Origin: an uncultured Rivularia sp.
Lineage (GTDB): Bacteria > Cyanobacteriota > Cyanobacteriia > Cyanobacteriales > Nostocaceae
NCBI GenBank assembly: GCA_963665115.1
Contig: OY762007.1
Location: 8,352,001-8,416,000, forward strand
Length of the DNA stretch: 64,000 nucleotides
Direction of reading: 5' to 3'
Made by a program: the position numbers and the translations under genes. The notes beneath the pieces were generated by a model. It was not told the DNA's origin, did no database searches, and saw only the letters and a list, made by a program, of their open reading frames with translations. Shown piece after piece: positions 22,813 through 33,063 of this stretch (position 1 is the first letter of the stretch; each line of letters starts with the position of its first letter).

Positions 22813-23051
22813 GAATGGGCATGGGGGATGGGGGATGGGGCATGGTTAAGAGTTAGGAGTAGCGAGTAGCAATTTAATAGCATTCCTTCTTCTAAAGCGT
22901 AGCCTTGACCATTTGTTCACAAACAGGGGTGTTACTTGCTCTCGTTACTCGTCACTCGCTACTTGCTACTCCTTGTTCGTAGTTGCGCTTCAGCGCCAAA
23001 TATTTGGGGGGAGTAACTGTTAGCTAATTTCTACCCAAAACTGGACATATC

Positions 23052-23213
23052 TTACCGTTTGTCTAGTTTTTCTCGCGCCATACGTTCAATTACATCGCTC
23101 AAACTATTAGCACCTAATCCGACTTGTTTTTCTTCTAACCATTTAATGGCGGTTTCCGTCAAAGTCATAGTAAATCTACGCTTTGGCTCACCATAAATCT
23201 TTTTACCAGGCAT
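23052..23213 (-). CDS. 53-aa ribbon-helix-helix (CopG-like) protein, absent from the ORF track
   Basis: Hand translation MPGKKIYGEPKRRFTMTLTETAIKWLEEKQVGLGANSLSDVIERMAREKLDKR*: alternating beta strand, helix, G-x-x-S-x-S turn, helix. Confidence 0.72.
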   Translation of the reverse strand: MPGKKIYGEPKRRFTMTLTETAIKWLEEKQVGLGANSLSDVIERMAREKLDKR

Positions 23214-23355
23214 ATTGATAATAGATGCTTACTCATACATGATATGATTATGATAGATTATATCCTAAACTAATCAAGCAGACACAATATTACTCATCAA
23301 ATCTAAAAACATTATAATTTTGAGGATTCGCTTTTTAGATTAAGGAAACTTTCTC

Positions 23356-23796
23356 ATGGAATACCTGCACACAATGGTTCGCGTCAGCGACCTAGATAAA
23401 TCGCTAGATTTCTACTGCAATAAGCTAGGATTAGTCGAAATTAGTAGAAAAGACAGCGAAAAAGGACGTTTTACCTTAGTATTTCTAGCCGCACCCCAAG
23501 ACGTAGGCAAAGTAAAAGAATCAACATCACCCGTAGTCGAACTTACCTACAACTGGGACCCCGAAGACTACGACGGCGGACGCAACTTCGGACACCTCGC
23601 TTATAGAGTTGACGACATCTACGAAACCTGCGAACGCTTGAAAACAGGCGGTGTCACCATCAACCGTCCCCCACGCGACGGACACATGGCATTCGTGCGA
23701 TCGCCAGACAACATCTCCATCGAACTCCTGCAAAAAGGAGACTCACTACCACCGAAGGAACCTTGGGCTTCTATGGAAAATACTGGAAAGTGGTAA
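23356..23796 (+). CDS. gloA: Lactoylglutathione lyase (glyoxalase I)
   Basis: [32 protein letters not shown]. Confidence 0.92.
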   Translation: MEYLHTMVRVSDLDKSLDFYCNKLGLVEISRKDSEKGRFTLVFLAAPQDVGKVKESTSPVVELTYNWDPEDYDGGRNFGHLAYRVDDIYETCERLKTGGVTINRPPRDGHMAFVRSPDNISIELLQKGDSLPPKEPWASMENTGKW

Positions 23797-23945
23797 TTGG
23801 TAATTGGTAATGGGTAATTGGGGATTGGGGATTGGGGATTGGGGATTGGGTAATTAGTAATTATTCTCCCCCCTCTCCCCCCTCTCCCCCCTCTCCCCCC
23901 TCTCCCCCCTCTTGACCCAAATCCTTCCATCTTGGAAACTAAAAT

Positions 23946-23959
23946 CGACCAATCGGTCT
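23946..23959 (+). promoter_or_regulatory. Putative TetR operator 1 (CGACC-AATC-GGTCT)
   Basis: Imperfect palindrome 11 bp before the TetR ATG; matching site at 24607. Confidence 0.65.
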
Positions 23960-23970
23960 TAAACGAAAAG

Positions 23971-24564
23971 ATGTCCAAAGGCGAAGAAACAAAGGAAAGA
24001 ATATTGCATCAAGCTGCGGCGCTGTTTAATACTCAGGGCTATGCTGGTGCGTCTATTTCGGACATCATGCGGGTGACGGGATTAAAAAAAGGGGGAATTT
24101 ATAACCATTTTCAAAGTAAAGATGATTTAGCTTTACAAGCATTTGATTATGCAGTTGAGCTTATTAAGCAGCGCTATCGAGGTGCGTTGAAGAATAAGCG
24201 TCATGCAGTTGAACGCTTGCAAGGAATTATCAGCGTATTTCAGGCAAATATTGACAATCCGGCAATTGAAGGAGGATGTCCCCTATTAAATACTGCGGTT
24301 GAAAGCGATGATGCTCACCCAATTTTACGCGATCGCGCTCGAATGGTAATGGATTCTTGGCGAGATATGATTTGCAAAGTTATCCAAAAAGGAATCGCTA
24401 GGGGTGAAATTCGTCCCGATGTAAACCCCGATGAAGTAGCAAGCGTGATGATTACTTTACTTGAAGGTGCGGTAATGATGAGCAAATTGTATGATGATGC
24501 GATTCATCTCGAAAGAGCAATTAACCATTTGAATAATTATATTAAGGTTGAATTGCAAGCTTAA
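23971..24564 (+). CDS. TetR/AcrR family transcriptional regulator
   Basis: MSKGEETKERIL, GLKKGGIYNHFQSK HTH, GGCPLLN; ATG at 23971. Confidence 0.95.
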   Translation: MSKGEETKERILHQAAALFNTQGYAGASISDIMRVTGLKKGGIYNHFQSKDDLALQAFDYAVELIKQRYRGALKNKRHAVERLQGIISVFQANIDNPAIEGGCPLLNTAVESDDAHPILRDRARMVMDSWRDMICKVIQKGIARGEIRPDVNPDEVASVMITLLEGAVMMSKLYDDAIHLERAINHLNNYIKVELQA

Positions 24565-24606
24565 TGTCAGTTACAAAAATAGGCATATATTTTTTTGGAA
24601 TAAAAC

Positions 24607-24620
24607 AGACCGACAGGTCT
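24607..24620 (+). promoter_or_regulatory. Putative TetR operator 2 (AGACC-GACA-GGTCT)
   Basis: Perfect 5-4-5 palindrome between TTGGAA and TAATAA upstream of the thioesterase gene. Confidence 0.65.
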
Positions 24621-24666
24621 TAATAATTCTAAATCAAAAACAAACCATCCGTTGTTAAAATCTAAA

Positions 24667-25077
24667 ATGCTATTAACTCGCCCATTAGAAGTAGAAATCC
24701 CAATAAAAGTAAAAACATACGACATTGATTTTGCTGGAGTGGTTAGCAATATCGTTTATATTCGATGGTTAGAAGATTTACGTTTGAAATTGTTTGATGC
24801 ACATTTACCTCTCCATCGACAAATTGAGCAAGGCTATATTCCTGTTGTAGCAAAAACTCAAATCGAATATAAAAAACCAGTAAAACTTTTTGATAATATC
24901 ACGTCGAAAATGTGGATTAGTAAATTAGGTAAAGTCAAAGTGACTATGGAAGCAGAATTTATTTCCAATAATCTAATTTTTGCAACCGCTATTCAAACAG
25001 GTAGTTATATTAATTCGGAGAATAATCGTCCTGTAAGATTGCCAGAAGAACTATTACAAAAGTATTCACAATGTTAA
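24667..25077 (+). CDS. Acyl-CoA thioesterase (4HBT/YbgC hotdog family)
   Basis: YDIDFAGVVSNIVYIRWLE motif. Confidence 0.9.
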   Translation: MLLTRPLEVEIPIKVKTYDIDFAGVVSNIVYIRWLEDLRLKLFDAHLPLHRQIEQGYIPVVAKTQIEYKKPVKLFDNITSKMWISKLGKVKVTMEAEFISNNLIFATAIQTGSYINSENNRPVRLPEELLQKYSQC

Positions 25078-25832
25078 ACAATCAAAAACCGTTCCGTTTA
25101 ATCACCATTCCCGTGAGTCATTATTGCGAGAAAGTAAGATGGGCGCTTGATTACTTGAAATTACCATATGTAGAAGAACCACATATGCCACCTTTTTATA
25201 AATTTGCAACAACAAAAGCTGGTGGTGGAACTGTTCCCGTGCTTGTAACTGAAGATGGAAATTTTACCGATTCAACTGATATTTTGAAATACCTGGATTC
25301 AATAGTATCTAATGACGCAAAATTGTATCCTAAAAATTATCCACACCGTCAACAAGTTGAGGAATTAGAAGAATCATTTGACGAAAAATTAGGTACTGCT
25401 GTAAGAAGCTGGGCTTATTTCTATATAATTGACAACTCTAAAATTATCCAACAAAAATGGACTCAGAACGTACCTTATCTAGAAAAAATTTTATTTCCAG
25501 TAACTTATCCAGCAATGCGTTCGCTTGTTATCAAAAAATATGATGTTAACGCGGAATCAGCAGCGCAATATTACCAACAGGTCGAGAATGTTTTTGCAAA
25601 AGTCAGTGAGTTATTAGCAGATGGACGTAATTACTTAATCGGAGATAAAATTTCTGCTGCCGATTTTGCCTTTTCTTCACTTGCAGCACCAATTTTACAA
25701 CCACCACAACATCCGATTAAATCTTCCGACTCGCAAGAATTACCAGCAGAAATGCTATCTGCAACTAAAGAATTTCGTCAAACTGCTGCGGGTAAATTTG
25801 CATTAAATTTGTACGCAACAAAAAGAAATTAG
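25071..25832 (+). CDS. Glutathione S-transferase family protein
   Basis: SHYCEKVRWAL, TVPVL, DSTDILKYL, SAADFA. Confidence 0.92.
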   Translation: MLNNQKPFRLITIPVSHYCEKVRWALDYLKLPYVEEPHMPPFYKFATTKAGGGTVPVLVTEDGNFTDSTDILKYLDSIVSNDAKLYPKNYPHRQQVEELEESFDEKLGTAVRSWAYFYIIDNSKIIQQKWTQNVPYLEKILFPVTYPAMRSLVIKKYDVNAESAAQYYQQVENVFAKVSELLADGRNYLIGDKISAADFAFSSLAAPILQPPQHPIKSSDSQELPAEMLSATKEFRQTAAGKFALNLYATKRN

Positions 25833-25892
25833 TTTAACCTTTAACCTTTAACCTTTGACCTTTGACCTTTAAGCTTTAACCTTTAAACAATC

Positions 25893-26543
25893 ATGCTCAA
25901 ATTTTACTACAATCCTCGTTCCCCTATGGCTCGTCGTGTATGGCGAGGCTTGCTGGAAAAAGACATTCCATTTGAACCAATTATAATGAATTTAAATGGC
26001 GATCAATTTCAGCCAAATTATTTACAAATAAATCCTTTTCATCACGTTCCAGTAATAGTTGATGATGGTTTTAGGATGGTAGAATCGATTGCGATTTTAG
26101 AATATTTAGAAACAAAATATCCAACTCCCGCGCTGTTACCAAAAGACATTCAAGCTTTAGCAACGGTAAGAATGGTACAAATGGTTTCAACAAACGAATT
26201 TGTGCCCAAAGTGCTACCTTTGATTTTAGAAGATCGAGATTCGCCAAAATTTATTGAAGCCAAACAAGACGTAGAAAAAATATTAGAATTTTTCGCTGAA
26301 AACCTAAAGAATAACTCTTATTTCGGTGGTGATAATTTAAGCTTGGCAGATATTATTGCTGGGACAGATATTTCATTTTTACCCTATTTAGGAATTGATT
26401 TTAGTAATTACCCCAATTTGAATAACTGGTTTGAAAGATTAACGCAGCGTCCATCATGGCAAAAAACGGAACTTAGTGCAGAAGAATTTGAGCAATTTAG
26501 ACGGGTATTAATGATAATGAGTAAGCGCAAACAAAAACCATAA
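25893..26543 (+). CDS. Glutathione S-transferase family protein
   Basis: INPFHHVPVI, ESIAILEYL, SLADI. Confidence 0.93.
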   Translation: MLKFYYNPRSPMARRVWRGLLEKDIPFEPIIMNLNGDQFQPNYLQINPFHHVPVIVDDGFRMVESIAILEYLETKYPTPALLPKDIQALATVRMVQMVSTNEFVPKVLPLILEDRDSPKFIEAKQDVEKILEFFAENLKNNSYFGGDNLSLADIIAGTDISFLPYLGIDFSNYPNLNNWFERLTQRPSWQKTELSAEEFEQFRRVLMIMSKRKQKP

Positions 26544-26574
26544 CGTAACCCCTCATTATCTAAAAATCCATAAT

Positions 26575-26603
26575 GTAGAGACGTAGCAGTGCTACGTCTC
26601 CAT
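26575..26603. repeat. GTAGAGACG-type short palindromic repeat
   Basis: GAGACGTAGCAGTGCTACGTCTC; relatives at 4529-4553 and 61793-61820. Confidence 0.8.
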
Positions 26604-26686
26604 ATCTAACGGAACAACGCAAAATCTTCCTACAGCACCCCAATACGAATTATTTTCAATCCAAAATCCAAAATCTAAAATCCAAA

Positions 26687-27547
26687 ATGCAATTAGCTAT
26701 AGCCTGTGCATCTGGCAGTTTCAAAGGTGCATTCACCCACGGAGTATTAACAGCTTTAGAATCAGCAGGAATCCGCGCTGATGCTTACGCTGCTGCATCT
26801 TCATCGGTTCTCCCAGCGGCTTGGGCTGCAATCGGTAAAGCTGCTGAATTAGGTGTCAATTACTGGTTGATGGGAATGCAAGAATTACAGAAACCCGATA
26901 TAGGAATGAGCCAGGTTGTCATGGGTGGAATTAAAACTTTTAGTCCGCCCAAAGATAAATTATTTGCAGTAGAAACTCCAGAATATTTCGTTGCAGTTAG
27001 TGCTGTAGTAAATCCAGAAGCAGCCAGCCAAACTCAAGGAGAAAAAGCCAGACGTTTGGGAAGAAAATTATTAGTATCGGCTGCAAAAAAAGACCGCAGT
27101 TGGGTAGATGAAAATTTGCAGCCAGTATTATTTGGTACTCGCAGGAATGATTTAGATTCAAATATTAATAAAAACAACTTCGATGAAATCGCTTATGCAA
27201 CTTCCAGAATGCTTCACGCTTGGGATATTCCCGCTTGGATAAACGAAAAACCTTATATTGACGCTTCTTATACTTGTATGTGTCCAGCCATAGAAATGAT
27301 TGACGCTGGATATAAACAAGTGATTGCAATTAGCAACGAACCCGGTATATTTTACCGAGATATGTTTGGTAATACAGTAATTCCCGAAAGTTATCAAGGG
27401 GTTGATATTCATATTATTAAACCAGATACAGACCCCAAAGAAATGGGAGTCGATTTTACAAGTGCAACTCCAGAGGGTTTATATAAGGTTTATCAACATG
27501 GGGAAGAAAAAGGTAAGCAATTTTTCGCAAAAAGGGAAAATAACTAA
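26687..27547 (+). CDS. Patatin-like phospholipase-fold protein with non-canonical motifs
   Basis: Motif order and spacing match patatin: ASGSFKGAFTHG, AASSS, YIDAS. Confidence 0.65.
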   Translation: MQLAIACASGSFKGAFTHGVLTALESAGIRADAYAAASSSVLPAAWAAIGKAAELGVNYWLMGMQELQKPDIGMSQVVMGGIKTFSPPKDKLFAVETPEYFVAVSAVVNPEAASQTQGEKARRLGRKLLVSAAKKDRSWVDENLQPVLFGTRRNDLDSNINKNNFDEIAYATSRMLHAWDIPAWINEKPYIDASYTCMCPAIEMIDAGYKQVIAISNEPGIFYRDMFGNTVIPESYQGVDIHIIKPDTDPKEMGVDFTSATPEGLYKVYQHGEEKGKQFFAKRENN

Positions 27548-27750
27548 GCCCCAATTTCCAGTGATTAGACGTAGGAAAATCTATATTCAGGATGTTAAAT
27601 TGTACTGATTAAAGATTGGTACTCTCGTGATAATAGCGCTTATTTTTTATTCCAATTATCTTTATTATCTTTTCAAGATAATTGATTAAGCATAATTATT
27701 GCGAGAATAGCCAATATTTTGAATCTACCAAACATCCTTTGAGAAAGACA

Positions 27751-28296
27751 ATGAACGAGAATTATTATCTTAAATATACGATAACAATAGATGATTTGAT
27801 CGCTTTTAATATGTATCATTTCGAGAACTCTCCTAGTATGCAGCGAGAATTTCATCGATCTCAAAGAGGTATACCTGGTGTAATTTTTATTTTATCTTTG
27901 TTTCAGGCAATTTTGGAAAGCAAAATTCAAGTTTTAATTCATGGGTTGGTTGTTGCATTATTATTCTACGTATTTTTCACCTATTCTTATTATTCGAGTA
28001 TTAAAAGAAATGCCAAAAGAATGCTTCGAGAGGGAAGCGGTAAAGGAATAATAGGAGAACATATATTAGAGCTAACAGATACTGAAATTGTAGAGCGAAC
28101 AAATTTTAACGAAATGAAAAATAATATTGCATCTTTGGAGCGAATTGGAGCTTCTTCAGAACACGCTTTTATCTATATTAGTTCTATTCATGCTCATGTA
28201 ATACCAAGGTCGTCTATAATTGAAGGGGATTTTGAAGGATTTTTACAGGAACTCAATAGAAAAGTAGAAGCAACGTCACAAGCTTCTGACAACTAA
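27751..28296 (+). CDS. YcxB-like membrane protein
   Basis: Two TM segments then soluble domain with FIY..AHVIPR; ATG 27751 preferred to upstream TTG. Confidence 0.7.
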   Translation: MNENYYLKYTITIDDLIAFNMYHFENSPSMQREFHRSQRGIPGVIFILSLFQAILESKIQVLIHGLVVALLFYVFFTYSYYSSIKRNAKRMLREGSGKGIIGEHILELTDTEIVERTNFNEMKNNIASLERIGASSEHAFIYISSIHAHVIPRSSIIEGDFEGFLQELNRKVEATSQASDN

Positions 28297-28424
28297 ATTA
28301 ATTTAATCGCAGTCAGATTATCTCAATAAACATAAATTGAAATACCCAAAAACCCGGTTTTTTCAAAAAACCAGGTTTCTTAATTCTCAGTGTTAACTAT
28401 TCCCTACTCCCTACTCTCTACTCA

Positions 28425-29097
28425 TTACTTATTCCCCTTCCCCATCACCCTTTTCGTCAAAGAAGAAATAAACCGATAACCCTTGCGAACAAAATCTAAC
28501 AAAGAAACAGGTACCCGTAATTTCAACGGATAAATCACAGGAAGATATATCCAATAATATGCCTTTTTAACGTTATCCCATTTAGAACAATATTCTTCAT
28601 CCAAAAAATCTGATATATCTACAACCAATCCTTCACCTTCATGCATCATTACATTACGCGCATGAATATCGTGGGGAAAAAGATTGCGGCTTCTTGCGTA
28701 ATCTAAAGCTTTGTCGATATCCTGTATAACTTGCTTGGGAACGGGAACACCTAATTGAGCGCAATCCCATATGGTGACTCCATACAGCCGTTTCAAAACT
28801 AAAAACCCATCTTCAGCGTAGAATAATTGAGAAAAAGCAGGATGTTTACCCAAACGATTGTAAACTTCTACTTCTTCCTCAAAGCCAGGTCTTCCCGGTG
28901 CGTAAATCTTCACTACCAAATCTGGAAAATCGGGATGATGAACTACAGCAGCGTAATTTCCCGTACCAAGCAGAATCCAAGGGGGTGGTATATGACGAAA
29001 CCTTTACCGGATCGTGAGGATTGACGCTTTCTATTTGAAGTTTGGGGAGTAATTCAATATGAATATTCTCAACGAAGCGATTTATCTGCAAATCCAT
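28425..29097 (-). CDS. Ser/Thr protein kinase-like protein (RIO/Kdo-type); frameshift at ~28998
   Basis: Removing one base at GAAACC (28997-29002) gives DPVKVRHIPPPWILLGTGNYAAV..VVKIY..HDIHARNV..VDISD. Confidence 0.82.
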
Positions 29098-29338
29098 AGT
29101 CAATAAGCACCCCAATCTAACGTTTGACGAGAAATTGCTTCTATTTAAAGTCACAATAAAGTTACCACGCGGCTATCATCAAATATAAGCGGTAACTACA
29201 CACAACTTTATTCTTTTTACGAATGGGATAAGGAGACAGGGGGATTTTTCTTTGAGGAGGAAGAGGGGGAAGAGGGGGTAGAAAAAACTTTTAACTCCTA
29301 ACAACTAACAACTAACAACTAACAACTAACTCTAAAAT

Positions 29339-30736
29339 ATGAACCCTATAACAGTAATTGGTGGTGGATTAGCTGGAACCGAAGCAGCATGGCAAATAGC
29401 TCAAGCTGGAATTCCAGTAATTTTTTATGAAATGCGTCCGCAAAAATTTGGTGGAGCGCATCATACGGAACATTTGGCGGAATTAGTATGTAGTAATTCT
29501 TTTGGAGCAATGGCAAGCGACAGAGCCGCTGGTTTGCTGCATGAAGAGTTACGCCGTCTTGGTTCCATCGTTATTTCCAAAGCTGACGAACATAAGGTTC
29601 CTGCTGGTGGTGCATTAGCGGTCGATCGAGGTGTCTTTAGTCAAAACTTAACGGAAACTCTCAGCAGTCATCCTTTAATTGACTTTCGCCGGGAAGAGCT
29701 ACGAGAAATCCCGGAAGGTATTGTAGTTTTAGCCACCGGTCCGTTGACAAGTCCCGATTTAGCAGAAGATTTACGTCGTTTCACCGGGATGGAATATCTC
29801 AGCTTTTTTGATGCTGCGAGTCCCATAGTTGTGGGAGAATCGATTAATCATGACGTTGCTTTCATGGCATCGCGTTACGACAAAGGCGAAGCAGCTTACC
29901 TCAACTGTCCCATGAATAAAGAGCAATATCTGAAATTTTGGTCAGAATTGCGTGATGCCGAACAAGTTGAATTAAAAGGCTTTGAACGCGAAAACGCCAA
30001 ATTTTTTGAAGCTTGTTTACCCATAGAAGAACAAGCAAGACGCGGTGAAGACACTATGCGTTATGGCCCCCTCAAGCCAGTGGGTTTGACTCCTCCTTCA
30101 AGCGCGGGATGGGGTAATGATGCTCCTCCTCAACAAGTCGCCGAGGGAGAAGAAGTTAGAAAAGAACGTCCTTATGCAGTTATCCAGTTACGTCAAGAAG
30201 ACAAAGCTGGCAAGCTGTGGAATATGGTTGGTTTTCAAACAAACTTACGCTGGGGAGAACAAAAGCGGATATTCCAAATGATTCCCGGTTTAGAAAACGC
30301 CGAATTCGTGCGATTGGGAGTAATGCACCGCAACACCTTTATTAATGCACCCCAATTAATGATTCCCACACTGCAATTTAAATCGCGTCCAAATTTACTT
30401 GCTGCGGGACAAATCATAGGTACAGAAGGATATACCGCCGCATCCGCCGGAGGTTGGCTAGCAGGAACAAACGCCGCCAGAATTGCATTAGGAAAAGAAC
30501 CATTAACCATACCCAATACAACCATGATGGGAGCTTTATTCGACTTTATTAGTTCCGCTTCCCCCAAACACTTCCAGCCAATGCCCCCCAACTTCGGTAT
30601 ATTGCCAGACTTAGGAGTGAAAATAAAAAACAAACGCGAAAGATACGGGAAATATCGCGATCGCTCTTTGGAGCAGTTATCAATTATCAATGAACAATTA
30701 TCAATGAATAGCGAGCAGTTAGCAGTTAGCAGTTAG
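29339..30736 (+). CDS. trmFO: FAD-dependent tRNA m5U54 methyltransferase (Gid)
   Basis: [42 protein letters not shown]. Confidence 0.97.
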   Translation: MNPITVIGGGLAGTEAAWQIAQAGIPVIFYEMRPQKFGGAHHTEHLAELVCSNSFGAMASDRAAGLLHEELRRLGSIVISKADEHKVPAGGALAVDRGVFSQNLTETLSSHPLIDFRREELREIPEGIVVLATGPLTSPDLAEDLRRFTGMEYLSFFDAASPIVVGESINHDVAFMASRYDKGEAAYLNCPMNKEQYLKFWSELRDAEQVELKGFERENAKFFEACLPIEEQARRGEDTMRYGPLKPVGLTPPSSAGWGNDAPPQQVAEGEEVRKERPYAVIQLRQEDKAGKLWNMVGFQTNLRWGEQKRIFQMIPGLENAEFVRLGVMHRNTFINAPQLMIPTLQFKSRPNLLAAGQIIGTEGYTAASAGGWLAGTNAARIALGKEPLTIPNTTMMGALFDFISSASPKHFQPMPPNFGILPDLGVKIKNKRERYGKYRDRSLEQLSIINEQLSMNSEQLAVSS

Positions 30737-30824
30737 CAGTTAAAAATTATCTTCAATCTCGTAGTGCGAGCATCTTGCTCGCTAAAGAGATACATCTCCC
30801 CATCTCCCCATCTCTCCATCCCCC

Positions 30825-31553
30825 ATGCTTGAATCCGAACGCTATTTATTTGATTTACAAGGATTTTTAGTTGTTGAGAATGTTCTTAGCAACGAAGAAA
30901 TTTTAGCTTTGAGAAAATTGGTAGACGAGCAAGTTGCCATCAAAAATCAACCGGAAGCCTCTAAGTTACGGTTTGATAACTTGCTTTCATGGGGGAAACC
31001 TTTACGAAACTTGATCGATCATCCTCGAATAACTCCTTATTTATCTGAGTTACTAGGGGAAAAATTTCGCTTGGATCACAATTATGTTCATATTATCCGT
31101 AAAGGTGTAGGTCCCATCGGTTGCTATTTACATGGCGGGGGGACTCCCTACGATCCAACCCAGTATTACTCATTCCGTAATCATAAAATTTACAATGGTT
31201 TGCTCGCAGTTGCTTACGAATTAAACGACGTATATCCCGGTGATGGAGGATTCGCTTGTATCCCCGGCAGTCATAAAAGTAATTTGCCTTGTCCCCAAGA
31301 ATGGCTTAATTTAGAGTGTCCCAAAGATATCGTTAAATCAGTCACCGTAAAAGCCGGAAGCGCAATTATATTTACAGAAGCTTTGACTCACGGTACCCTT
31401 CCCTGGCAAGGAAAAAACGAACGCAGAACATTATTTTACAAATATTCTCCTCATTCCTATGCATGGCTGAGAAATTACTATAATCCCGACGATTTTACAG
31501 ATTTAACTCCATCTCAACGAGAAATTCTTAGAACACCCGGAGTTTACCCGTAA
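30825..31553 (+). CDS. Phytanoyl-CoA dioxygenase-like Fe(II)/2-oxoglutarate enzyme
   Basis: FDLQGFLVVENVL, GGFACIPGSHK, THGTLPW, RR. Confidence 0.88.
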   Translation: MLESERYLFDLQGFLVVENVLSNEEILALRKLVDEQVAIKNQPEASKLRFDNLLSWGKPLRNLIDHPRITPYLSELLGEKFRLDHNYVHIIRKGVGPIGCYLHGGGTPYDPTQYYSFRNHKIYNGLLAVAYELNDVYPGDGGFACIPGSHKSNLPCPQEWLNLECPKDIVKSVTVKAGSAIIFTEALTHGTLPWQGKNERRTLFYKYSPHSYAWLRNYYNPDDFTDLTPSQREILRTPGVYP

Positions 31554-31608
31554 ACAGTGAGTAGTTATCAGCGAACAGTTTTATAACTCATAACTCCCTC
31601 TTCCTCCA

Positions 31609-32055
31609 TCACCCCATCTCCATTTCTTGGGAGTCTAGCCATTGCAAAACACGTTTTTCAAGCTGTGTATTTATAAAATTTGACCACTGATATGTTTGTG
31701 CTTCTTGTTTTAAAATATTTTGAACTCGTTGAAATGCTTGATAGCTATCGATTGTATTTTCTATTTTATTGCGAAGCCATCTACTTTTAATTGTGATCAT
31801 AAATGCTTGCATATCATAATAATCATGGCAATATTCATTAGATGGTAATCGAATAAATCTCATTTTTTCAGGAAATTCTTCTATAGAGTAACCGTCTAAA
31901 TACAAAAAATCACCGTTCATATTCATCGGATCGCCACTACCGTTATCTATAATAATTTTGCCGGTGGTGGTGTCCAAGTAATAAATGCACTCGCTATTTT
32001 TATAGCAGTTGGTAAAAGCTTCTTTTAATTCATCAATTTTTAGAGGTAACTGCAT
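31609..32055 (-). CDS. UPF0158 family protein
   Basis: LDELKEAF-like start, YYLDTTTGKI, RFIRLP, MQAF, AF.R, WL terminus. Confidence 0.78.
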   Translation of the reverse strand: MQLPLKIDELKEAFTNCYKNSECIYYLDTTTGKIIIDNGSGDPMNMNGDFLYLDGYSIEEFPEKMRFIRLPSNEYCHDYYDMQAFMITIKSRWLRNKIENTIDSYQAFQRVQNILKQEAQTYQWSNFINTQLEKRVLQWLDSQEMEMG

Positions 32056-32201
32056 AGTCGATTACCTGGGCTAAATGCGTTAATTTTATATTAGATACTA
32101 TTTGCAGGCATTCCGACACAATTTGCAAGAATTCGACCGAATTTCTTAATTCCTATAAATTATTTAGAAGTGCTACATATGTTGTAACAATTTTTTTTTA
32201 A

Positions 32202-32681
32202 TTATGCAGTGAGATATTTTTCCATTGCGTAATTTATAAAGATTTCTCCTCTACGTTCTACTTGTTGTTTCTTCACAATTGAAAAACCCATACGTAGAAA
32301 AAAAGGTTTAGCAGTAATACTTGCTTCAGCATATAAACGATGTATGTTTAATTCGTAAGCTTTCGCTTCAATTGCATGGTAGATTTTACTGCCCACACCT
32401 ATGCGCTGATAGTCTTTGTGACAGTAAAAACAATCTATATGTCCGTCAGATTCTAATTCACCAAAACCCGCGATAGTACCGTTATCATCAGCTACGTAAG
32501 TAAATTTTTCAGAACAAACACTTACCCAATCTCTAAAATTGATATCATCCGGTGCCCATGCTTTCACATGATTTATTGAGTAATCGTTAATATTAACTTC
32601 ACGCACAGTTTGATGAAACAATTGTGCAATTTGCTCCGCATCTTGTTTTTCAAATAATCTTATTTTAATTGGATCGGGCAT
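32202..32681 (-). CDS. GNAT family N-acetyltransferase (YafP-like)
   Basis: YQRIGVGS, EASITAKPFF..GF. Confidence 0.92.
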   Translation of the reverse strand: MPDPIKIRLFEKQDAEQIAQLFHQTVREVNINDYSINHVKAWAPDDINFRDWVSVCSEKFTYVADDNGTIAGFGELESDGHIDCFYCHKDYQRIGVGSKIYHAIEAKAYELNIHRLYAEASITAKPFFLRMGFSIVKKQQVERRGEIFINYAMEKYLTA

Positions 32682-32910
32682 AGGGGATAGGGAATGGGGG
32701 ATAGGGAATTGGGATTAATCACAGAATCCTTATCCGATCGTAATTTATGAATGCTAAAACAAACAAATATCCCAAATATGCTTAAAAACTAATCGGATGG
32801 TTGATTTTTTTTCTAGCTCAAATATTTTCTACAAAACTAGCTTGAATTATGAGTGCAATATAATATTAATTTAAAAAATAATAATAATTAAAAGAATAAA
32901 GGCAATGCCT

Positions 32911-32987
32911 AATTACCAATTACCAATTACCAATTACCAATTACCAATTACCAATTACCAATTACCAATTACCAATTACCAATTACC
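32911..32987. repeat. STRR heptamer array (AATTACC)x11
   Basis: Eleven perfect copies. Confidence 0.95.
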
Positions 32988-33063
32988 CATAATCACTAGA
33001 TAAATCCCACACAACTTTAAATCGATAGGGATTCATATATAGCAAATATGGCGAAATTATTAA

